In this document: positions 1-9,879 of the stretch, piece after piece
Layout of the letters: each line of letters starts with the position of its first letter
Numbering within the stretch: position 1 is the first letter of the stretch
Origin: an uncultured Actinomycetota bacterium
Lineage (GTDB): Bacteria > Actinomycetota > Actinomycetes > Streptosporangiales > Streptosporangiaceae
Direction of reading: 5' to 3'
Length of the DNA stretch: 64,000 nucleotides
Assembly: GCA_963815375.1 (NCBI GenBank)
Contig: CAWFGX010000003.1
Span: forward strand, 6,182 to 70,181
Program-made: the position numbers and the translations under genes
The notes under the pieces: model-generated
The model's input: the letters and a program-made list of their open reading frames with translations, nothing else
Told to the model about the DNA's origin: nothing
The model's database searches: none

Positions 1-1
1 C

Positions 2-835
2 GACCCGTTCCAGACCGACACGCTGTTCCACCCCGGCGCCATCTACCGGATCAACGTCGACAGCGACGGGGACGCCCACGAGGACGCCGCGTTCTCGCTC
101 GTGTTCTCCGATCCTGCGGACGGCAGGCAGACGGCCACGCTCGTGTATGCCACCGGAAACCAGGCGCAGCAGCCGGAGGCAGCCGGCGAAGTGCTCATCG
201 AGGGCGCGCCGGTCGGCACCGGTGGCCGGACCGAGCCCGTTCAGGCTGGCCCGGTCAGGCTCTTCACAGGTGTCCGCAGCGACCCGTTCTTCGCTGACGC
301 CGAAGGCGCCCTGCACGGGTTCAAGTGGACCGGGCAGGACACCTTCGCTGGCAAGAACGTCCTCAGCATCGTCCTGGAGGTGCCGGACGACATGCTGAGC
401 ACCGACCCGGCCATCGGAGTCTGGGCCGTGGTAACCCTGCGCCGCGAAGGCAGGTACGTCCAGATGGACCGTGGCGGCCACCCGACCATCAATCCGTTCG
501 TCAACCCGGACGACAGCAAGGACGAGTACAACGCGAGGCATCCAGCCGACGACGTGGCCAACTACCTGGAGCCATGGTCGGAACTGCTGCAGAAGATGGG
601 CGGCTACTCCCCCGCCGACGCACAGGCGGCAGTCCTGACCGTCCTGCCCGACATCCTCAGGTATGACCGGGCCCAGCCCGCCAGCTACCCCAACGGGCGC
701 GTGCTCACCGACGACGTCTACAGCGACCGCTTTGCCTGGCTGAGTAACGGGCAGATCGGACCGGACGGCCTCAAGCCGCACGCAGACCTTAGCCCTGAGT
801 TCCCGTACCTCGGCCCGCCGAATCCGGTGCAGTAA
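2..835 (+). CDS. DUF4331-like secreted protein, 5' end outside the window
   Basis: The frame is open from nt 2 (DPFQTDTLFHPGAIYRINVDSDGD...) into ORF 101..835. The motifs DPFFAD and GKNVLSIVLEVP match my recollection of DUF4331. GC3 is high. Confidence 0.6.
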   Translation, partial: DPFQTDTLFHPGAIYRINVDSDGDAHEDAAFSLVFSDPADGRQTATLVYATGNQAQQPEAAGEVLIEGAPVGTGGRTEPVQAGPVRLFTGVRSDPFFADAEGALHGFKWTGQDTFAGKNVLSIVLEVPDDMLSTDPAIGVWAVVTLRREGRYVQMDRGGHPTINPFVNPDDSKDEYNARHPADDVANYLEPWSELLQKMGGYSPADAQAAVLTVLPDILRYDRAQPASYPNGRVLTDDVYSDRFAWLSNGQIGPDGLKPHADLSPEFPYLGPPNPVQ

Positions 836-838
836 GAG

Positions 839-1456
839 GTGCCCGACGTGGAGTATCTCGTTACGATGACCACCCACGTCCCGGAGGGGACGCCGGAGCA
901 AGCGGTCGACGACGTCCGCGCCCGCGAGGGTGCTCATTCGCGTGAGCTCGCAGAGCAGGGTCACTTGCTGCGGCTGTGGCGCCCCCCGCTGGAGTCAGGT
1001 GAGTGGCGTTCGCTCGGGCTGTTCGCCGCTGACGACGCTGGCGAGCTTGACCGGGTTCTGACCTCGATGCCGCTGCGGGTGTGGCGCACCGATCAGGTCA
1101 CACCGCTGTCGCCGCACCCGAATGACCCCGGCCCCGCGGCAGCCGACCCAAAGCCGCCAGGAACTGAGTTCCTGACCCTCTTCACCGTGACGGTCCCAGA
1201 GGGCACGCCCAGCGAGAGCGTGGCCGACGCTGACGCGCGCGAGGCGCAGCGCGCGCACGACCTTGCCCGGCAGGGACACCTCGCGCGGCTGTGGGCCCTG
1301 CCCGGGAACGGTCGCACGCTGGGCCTGTGGCGAGCCGAGAACGGCACTGAGATGCAGGCCATCGTGGCCTCGCTGCCGCTGGACTCCTGGATGACCACGG
1401 AGATCACGCCACTCACCCCGCACCCAAGCGACCCCGCAACCGCTGCCGTGCCATAG
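839..1456 (+). CDS. Tandem muconolactone delta-isomerase-like protein (two MIase-like halves)
   Basis: Two internal copies of the pattern (V/F)-T-(M/V)-T-V-PEGTP ... AREx...LAxQGHLxRLW ... TPLxPHPxDP. It starts 4 nt after the upstream stop. An alternative GTG at 848 sits 8 nt after AAGAGG. Confidence 0.65.
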   Translation: MPDVEYLVTMTTHVPEGTPEQAVDDVRAREGAHSRELAEQGHLLRLWRPPLESGEWRSLGLFAADDAGELDRVLTSMPLRVWRTDQVTPLSPHPNDPGPAAADPKPPGTEFLTLFTVTVPEGTPSESVADADAREAQRAHDLARQGHLARLWALPGNGRTLGLWRAENGTEMQAIVASLPLDSWMTTEITPLTPHPSDPATAAVP

Positions 1457-1475
1457 CGGGTGACTGGCACGCTGC

Positions 1476-2306
1476 CTACGGCTGCAGGTCAGCGACGACG
1501 TCGGCCAGGCGGCTCACTGCGTGATCCGGCCATGGGGCGGGCAGGGCAACGATGACGCCATCCACACCGACCGCGGCCCAGGCCTTCAGCTCGTCCAGGA
1601 GCCGCCGGGGTGAGAACGTCTCCCACACCAGGTGGGCCGAGGATTTCGGCGGAACGCGGCCAGCTGCAACCGCGTGACACAGCAGCCTGTCCCGGGCCCG
1701 GCAGAAGGCCCTGGGAGTGCCCTTCGGGAAGTTCCAGTGGTCCGCGTGAACGGCGGCGATCCGCAGAATGCCGTCGCTCTGCCCTCCGACAATCAGCTCC
1801 GGCCTCTGGCAGTGCCCCAGAGCCGGCAAGGTGCCAGACGGCATATCACAGTCATAGAACTGCCCGGAATGGCGGAAACGCGCACCTGACGAAAACGCGC
1901 CGCGTAGTACTGTCAGCGCCTCGGCGAGCTGCTGCTCCCGTGCGGCGGGCGACGACTCCCTCAGGCCAAGGCCGTCGAGATCCTTGGATCCGGTGCCGAG
2001 GCCAACCGACAGCCTGCCATTGCTGACCTGCTGCACAGTGGAAGCCATCTGCGCGAGCAGGAACGGGTGCCGGAGTGCTACCGGGCTGCACATGGTGCCG
2101 ATGCCGATCCGGGTCGTGCCGGAGGACAGCGCGGCCAGCATGGTCCAGGCCTCCAGGCAGGAGCCCCGTGGATCTCCCCAGGCAGCGGACAGGTGATCGA
2201 AAACCCAGGCCGAGGCCAGCAGCTCGCACCTGTCCGCGGCCTGCCAGGCATGGCTGACGGCTCGCCATGAGACATGGTGAAGCGGTGTCTTTACCCCTAT
2301 CCACAT
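1476..2306 (-). CDS. LLM-class flavin/F420-dependent oxidoreductase (luciferase-like)
   Basis: LLM-like features include RLSVGLGTGS and a WxFDHL-type N-terminus. I chose the start at the internal Met (MWIGVKT), so the start is uncertain. The maximal ORF runs to 2381. Confidence 0.7.
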   Translation of the reverse strand: MWIGVKTPLHHVSWRAVSHAWQAADRCELLASAWVFDHLSAAWGDPRGSCLEAWTMLAALSSGTTRIGIGTMCSPVALRHPFLLAQMASTVQQVSNGRLSVGLGTGSKDLDGLGLRESSPAAREQQLAEALTVLRGAFSSGARFRHSGQFYDCDMPSGTLPALGHCQRPELIVGGQSDGILRIAAVHADHWNFPKGTPRAFCRARDRLLCHAVAAGRVPPKSSAHLVWETFSPRRLLDELKAWAAVGVDGVIVALPAPWPDHAVSRLADVVADLQP

Positions 2307-3127
2307 GACGAAACGGGCTCGGACAAAGGCTCGCTCCATGCTGGCAGCGTCTGTAGGGTGCCGGCAGGCCGGTAAAGGCATCTGGCGGAACGCACGTCAT
2401 ACACGCGATGGCAGGCGAGCCGGTGATCGGCGTATGGCGAGCAGGGGTCTTCGTACCATCCCACGCGCAGGAAAAAACGCCAGCCTGGCCGGTCCGCGAG
2501 CGGAGGACGGTGCAGCGTCCGGGAACTGAACCAGACGAGCACATCGGACGCGTGCCTGGCTATCCGGGCCGGGTGATCAAGCTGACCGACGCACCTGGAA
2601 ATGGAATCGCCAAGCTCGCGAGGATCACCGACCAGTCCGGCAACCGGAACGACGAGGTTCTCCAGCATGAATTCCGTTGTGAGGCCGGCTGCAGGCGCGC
2701 TCTCGTCGTCGGGCCAGAAATACGAGACCACGCCGAAGGCGACATCCTCGTCAGCTGAGTCGCTGTTGCACGAGTAGTCCGCCACTTCCTGGCCGCCGGT
2801 GCCGTTCCACCCCGGGCCGACGCGGTCAACGTGCCATTCGTAGCGCGCGGCCGGAACCTCTCCCGCGCCAACCCACATGAGCTGGGACGTCCACCTGGCC
2901 GAGCGGCCTGATGCCGAAGCCTGCGACTGCATGCGGGCGAACGTCGCCGAGCGTCTCAGCGCGCTGCCCACCAGCCCGGCCAGCGGGCCGCACGCGTGAA
3001 AGAACACGTCAGTCGAGCACAGCGTGAGCGACGGCTCTTCCTTGGTGCCGTCCAGCGGAGGTGCTGATCCCAGCAGGGCTGCGGAGTCTGGGCGCAGGAA
3101 AGGAACGATACGGAACACCGAACTCAC
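2297..3127 (-). CDS. Hypothetical protein (276 aa), third gene of the NTase/4-TM cassette
   Basis: Long ORF with high GC3. Its GTG start shares GTGA with the upstream stop (3124-3127). I recognise no motif. Confidence 0.5.
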   Translation of the reverse strand: MSSVFRIVPFLRPDSAALLGSAPPLDGTKEEPSLTLCSTDVFFHACGPLAGLVGSALRRSATFARMQSQASASGRSARWTSQLMWVGAGEVPAARYEWHVDRVGPGWNGTGGQEVADYSCNSDSADEDVAFGVVSYFWPDDESAPAAGLTTEFMLENLVVPVAGLVGDPRELGDSISRCVGQLDHPARIARHASDVLVWFSSRTLHRPPLADRPGWRFFLRVGWYEDPCSPYADHRLACHRVYDVRSARCLYRPAGTLQTLPAWSEPLSEPVSSCG

Positions 3128-3840
3128 TTCGCGGTAATCCCCTTCGCTGTGTTATCAGGCCGAGGGAATCGCGCATGCGCGTCCGCGCTACTTGCCGCTC
3201 TCCGGAACCGCCTGGCACTCCAGAGCCAGAGCACCAGCGTGGACAGCGCGTACGACAGCACCGCGAGCAGGACGCAGGCCCAGTCCGCCAGCCCGGCAAC
3301 GACCAGGGCCGTTGCCAGCCCTCCGGCGACCTGGATCGCGACGAGATGCCGCACAGCAGGGAGAAGAAAAGACCGGTTGTGCTTCAGGTGCTGAGTCGCG
3401 CCATCCGTCGTGCCCCACGACAAATAGCTTTCCAGGGTGGGGTACAGGTCGACGTAATACCGGCGTATACGGCTGGCGGCGCGGAAGTTGCTGTCAGTCA
3501 CGACCTCGCGATCGATAAAGTACTTGTAGCACAGCAGGGTATAAATTAAGACGCTGCCCAGCACTCCGTAGCCAATAGCAGCCTTCGTGGCCAGGGTGAC
3601 ATCGTGGCTGGTGACGACCGTCGCTGTGGCAGTCGCTACTGCTGCGATGACAACAACGAGAATGTTCAGCCTGGTCGCGCCTTCCTGGCGCAGCCGCTGA
3701 GTATCCGTCTCGATCGAAGAGTGCTCCTGCAGCAGGTAATCCTGCGCCGCTTTCTGGGCTTCCTCAGCCGGCGACGTGTGGCCGGACCCGGCCGGGCCGC
3801 TCACAACGGCCTTCCCCGACGACGGGCTATCAGCGTCCAC
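3124..3840 (-). CDS. Four-helix integral membrane protein, unknown function
   Basis: Hydrophobic helices LNILVVVIAAVATATATVV, AIGYGVLGSVLIYTLLCY, LVAIQVAGGLATALVVAGL and WACVLLAVLSYALSTLVLWLW. The N-terminal segment is charged. It overlaps the upstream NTase gene by 40 nt. Confidence 0.6.
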   Translation of the reverse strand: MDADSPSSGKAVVSGPAGSGHTSPAEEAQKAAQDYLLQEHSSIETDTQRLRQEGATRLNILVVVIAAVATATATVVTSHDVTLATKAAIGYGVLGSVLIYTLLCYKYFIDREVVTDSNFRAASRIRRYYVDLYPTLESYLSWGTTDGATQHLKHNRSFLLPAVRHLVAIQVAGGLATALVVAGLADWACVLLAVLSYALSTLVLWLWSARRFRRAASSADAHARFPRPDNTAKGITAK

Positions 3841-4322
3841 GCGTCGAAAAGGTCATGGCGCCGGGTGAGCCACATTGTCCGCCGCACCGACGTGCAGAGT
3901 TTCAGTGCCAGGAGGGCCGGCGTCGTCGGACAGGAGAGCGAGACCGGAGTCCCGTCGGAGAGAGCGACAGGCACCGGCTTCTGCGACGCCATGCAGTAGT
4001 CCAGAAACACCTTGTTGAGCCTGCTGATCCGGGCCAGATCAGGATGAACGATGTCGACGACAGCCTGACCGCACACCAGTTTGCTGTGGCTCACCGGTGA
4101 CAGTCCGGCCGCCGAGAGGATCGCGACCGGCGCCGACTGCTGGGCGCAGTAGATGTCAACATCCCTCACCGGCCGCGTGGCGACACCGGATCGCACAGCC
4201 ACAGCGCACGCGCCAACCAGTACGGCCCGGCACTCCCGTGCAGCTAGGAGGCCGAGGACCCGCACGATCAGGTCAATCGTCTCTGCAGGCAGCGGCCTCG
4301 CCCGCGCACGTCGCCCCGTCAT
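3801..4322 (-). CDS. Minimal nucleotidyltransferase-fold protein (MNT/AbiEii-like)
   Basis: VLVGACAVAVRSGVATRPVRDVDIY fits the Pol-beta NTase G-x(n)-D-x-D pattern. The C-terminal LKL...R...HDLFDAW resembles the AbiEii/DUF1814-type helix. Confidence 0.5.
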   Translation of the reverse strand: MTGRRARARPLPAETIDLIVRVLGLLAARECRAVLVGACAVAVRSGVATRPVRDVDIYCAQQSAPVAILSAAGLSPVSHSKLVCGQAVVDIVHPDLARISRLNKVFLDYCMASQKPVPVALSDGTPVSLSCPTTPALLALKLCTSVRRTMWLTRRHDLFDAWTLIARRRGRPL

Positions 4323-4404
4323 GCAATCCCCATCCAGACAGCGCGGAGATAGCTGGATTTTGCCACATTAACCCGCTGTCGTAGCTGATCTCTACTCTTG
4401 TCGC

Positions 4405-4752
4405 GTGGACACTCGCGAGGCAGCACAACGGTGGGCGGATGTATGGGAACGAGGGTGGCGTGAGCACGACGCGCAGGCCATCGCCGCGCTGTATGCGGAG
4501 GGGGCGCTCTGGCAGCAGCACCCGTTCAAGGCACCGGAGCCGGGTTTCCTGGCCCGCGTGTTCGCTGAGGAAGAGTCGGCTCAGTGCCTGTTCGGCTCGC
4601 CGATCGTCGACGGCGACCAGGCGGCCGTCCCGTGGAGCGCGCAGACCAGGCTGGTAGACGGCGGCGCCGAGACACTGGCCGGCGTGTCCGTGCTGCGCTT
4701 CGGCCCCGACGGTCTGGTCGTCGAGGAACGCGACTACTGGAACGAGGGCTGA
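4405..4752 (+). CDS. NTF2/SnoaL-like small protein
   Basis: 115 aa. AQRWADVWERGWREHDAQAIAALYAEGA ... LVVEERDYW is a typical SnoaL-like layout. Confidence 0.7.
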   Translation: MDTREAAQRWADVWERGWREHDAQAIAALYAEGALWQQHPFKAPEPGFLARVFAEEESAQCLFGSPIVDGDQAAVPWSAQTRLVDGGAETLAGVSVLRFGPDGLVVEERDYWNEG

Positions 4753-4866
4753 CCGCCCTCGTTGTGTACTGGCGACCACGACCAGCCCGCTGACCGGGGG
4801 TTTTCGCCCGGGCACCTCGGGAACGCTGAGGTACTGCCAAGCTCATCGGGCGAACAGGGGGAATCC

Positions 4867-5697
4867 ATGCCGCACGTCAAGGTCGGGCAGGAGAATTCGG
4901 GATCGATCGAGCTGTATTACGAGGACCACGGCTCGGGACGGCCGGTCGTCCTGATCCATGGTTACCCGCTTAGCGGGCGCGCCTGGGACAAGCAGGTCCC
5001 GGTGCTGCTAGAGGACCGCCGCCGGGTGATCACCTACGACCGGCGCGGGTTCGGCAAGTCCAGCCAGCCGACGACCGGTTATGACTACGACACCTTCGCC
5101 GCCGACCTGAACGCGCTCCTGGAGAGGCTCGACCTGCGCGACGTTACCCTGGTCGGCCACTCCATGGGGACCGGCGAGGTTACCCGGTACCTGAGCCGCT
5201 ACGGGTCCGCGCGAGTCGCCAAGGGAGTCCTGATCTCCCCGATCCCGCCGTTCCTGCTGCAGGCACCCGACAATCCCGAGGGCCTGCCCGCGAGCCTGTT
5301 CGACGGGTTCATGAACGATGCACGGCAGGACCCGCCAATGTGGATGAAGGGGTTCCTGGACAACTTCTACAACTACGACAAGTTCCACGGCACGCTCGTG
5401 AGCGAGCAGGCCTACCAGGCAAGCTGGAACATCGCCGTGTCAGCCTCGGCCACCGCCACCGTGGCCTGCATCCCGACCTGGGAGACCGACTTCCGCGCCG
5501 ACCTGCCGAAGCTCGACGTGCCGATGCTGGTCATCCAGGGCGACGACGACCGCGTGCTCCCGTTCCCGAACACCGGCAAGCGGCTCCCGGGCATGATCAA
5601 GGACATGCAGATGGTGGTCATCGAACAGGGCCCGCACGCGATCGCGTGGACCCACGCCGACCAGGTCAACAGCGCCCTGCTCAAGTTCATGGCCTAG
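4867..5697 (+). CDS. Alpha/beta hydrolase, non-haem chloroperoxidase/arylesterase type
   Basis: IELYYEDHGSGRPVVLIHGYPLSGRAWDKQ, GHSMGTGE nucleophile elbow and VIQGDDDRVLPF. The ATG at 4867 is preceded by GGGGGA. Confidence 0.88.
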   Translation: MPHVKVGQENSGSIELYYEDHGSGRPVVLIHGYPLSGRAWDKQVPVLLEDRRRVITYDRRGFGKSSQPTTGYDYDTFAADLNALLERLDLRDVTLVGHSMGTGEVTRYLSRYGSARVAKGVLISPIPPFLLQAPDNPEGLPASLFDGFMNDARQDPPMWMKGFLDNFYNYDKFHGTLVSEQAYQASWNIAVSASATATVACIPTWETDFRADLPKLDVPMLVIQGDDDRVLPFPNTGKRLPGMIKDMQMVVIEQGPHAIAWTHADQVNSALLKFMA

Positions 5698-5736
5698 GGG
5701 GGGACAATGTCGTGGCCGCCCCTTGACTCCCCTTAG

Positions 5737-6040
5737 CCAATTACCTGACCGGGTTAACCGTCACCGCGTACGAGGTCGATTTCGTCTCGCCCAACCCGGT
5801 CGCCTCGCTGCAGCCGGCGGGCAACGAGATCGGCAGCGCCAGCTACCCGGCCAGCATCTACCAGCTTCAGGCGCTGATAGCGGCGCCCGGGGCGGAATCA
5901 GCGGACGGCTAACCCGCTGCTGGTTCCGTCCCCGGACCTCGGCGCGCTGTTCACGCAGAAGTCGGGCGACCCCAACGCGTCTACCGGATCGAGTACTACG
6001 ACCCGCAGAAGGGCGCCTGCGTTCAGCCGCTTCGGCCCCC
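5737..6040 (+). pseudogene. Possible decayed gene remnant (three coding-like fragments in different frames)
   Basis: Three high-GC3 stretches lack start codons and are separated by frame changes and a stop: TVTAYEVDFVSPNPVASLQPAGNEIGSASYP..., PLLVPSPDLGALFTQKSGDPNA and VYRIEYYDPQKGACVQP. Confidence 0.3.
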
Positions 6041-6071
6041 AGCTCATTCGTCAGGCTGGAGTGGAGCCTGG

Positions 6072-8618
<2,547 letters not shown>

Positions 8619-8760
8619 CGCACGTCCTCTCTGCCTCCTGCCGTCTGGGCACCGTCGCCCGGCTTACCGCGTTGCCGTACCCGGGATGGCAGGCCTGACC
8701 CCTCGGGCGCCTGGACGGCACCGGCCGGCTGCGCCGGCGCGGATCAGTGGTTCCCGCACG

Positions 8761-9603
8761 TCAGGAGACGTCGTCAAACGCTTCCGCTTTGGCCGATGTG
8801 ACCGGGGCAGGTGGGGGTGAAGGGGTGCGTTCGCGCAGGATGGGCGGCTGGTCGTGCGAGCCGGTCAGCAGGTCGACGAGCCGTATCTTCACCCTCATCA
8901 CCGGGAGACGCAGACGCTGCTCACGCCGCTGGGCCTTGGCGAGCATGCCGGGCCGCGTGCGGTAGCGCCAGCGGGCCCATGGCGAGTCAGGACGGGCAAG
9001 CCGGAACGCTCCGAGCACCAGGAGCAAAGGGACGAACACGCCGAACAGGCCGGTCCAGACCTTACCCTTCAGCAGCGTGATCGACGCGAGCACGAACAGC
9101 ACGGTCCCGGCCACGGCCAGCGCGCCCGCCGAGCCGAGGCCTTCTGGGAGCTTGTGGTACTCGTCCATGCTCTGGACCCCGACCGGGCTGGCCCCGATCA
9201 GCAGCAGTGCGGTCAGGCCGGCTGCCACGAACACGGCGTCGATCGACAGCCGCCCCTCATTGCTCCAGTACACGTCCCGAAGGTGCAGGATGAGGGCGAA
9301 TTCGTCGAGCACCAGCGCCAGGCCCAGCCCGAACAGGGCGGCTGGCACCGATCGCCACGACAGTGAGTGCAACGGCACTATCAGTTCCGCTACGCCGCCG
9401 ATTGCCATGAACACCACGCCGAACACCATGTGATGCACATGCACAGCGCCCGCGAACACGTTGCCGGGCCACCAGCGGACACGGGCGCGAATAAGCCGGA
9501 CCGACAAGCGGATGAAGCCAAAGCCGAACAGGAACGCCACGAAGAAGCAGAACAGCGGCAGCCGTCCCGTATGCACGATTTGCGTGTTGAACCAGCCGGA
9601 CAT
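8761..9603 (-). CDS. Integral membrane protein, unknown function
   Basis: It has multiple hydrophobic helices and a basic C-terminal tail. I chose the start at MSGWFNTQI. The maximal ORF runs to 9651. Confidence 0.6.
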   Translation of the reverse strand: MSGWFNTQIVHTGRLPLFCFFVAFLFGFGFIRLSVRLIRARVRWWPGNVFAGAVHVHHMVFGVVFMAIGGVAELIVPLHSLSWRSVPAALFGLGLALVLDEFALILHLRDVYWSNEGRLSIDAVFVAAGLTALLLIGASPVGVQSMDEYHKLPEGLGSAGALAVAGTVLFVLASITLLKGKVWTGLFGVFVPLLLVLGAFRLARPDSPWARWRYRTRPGMLAKAQRREQRLRLPVMRVKIRLVDLLTGSHDQPPILRERTPSPPPAPVTSAKAEAFDDVS

Positions 9604-9879
9604 ACCACCCCCACCTGGGGAACCGTCACCGAACGTCGGACGACAGCCCACGGGCCTGGATCAATTTTCGCCTACCCCGAATCCCGCCCGCTAGGCCAGT
9701 TGCGCCAGCTCGCCGCACCGGTTCGGTGTGTTGTTACAGCCCAGCGCCTGGCGTTACGTTGAGGCCAGCCGCCGAGCGGCCAGTTTTCCCGCAAACCGGA
9801 CGGTGGAACGTGACCGGGCTCCTGCGAAAGCAACCAGCGAACCGGCTGCTTTGGGACCGAACATCCGGGAACGGCGATC

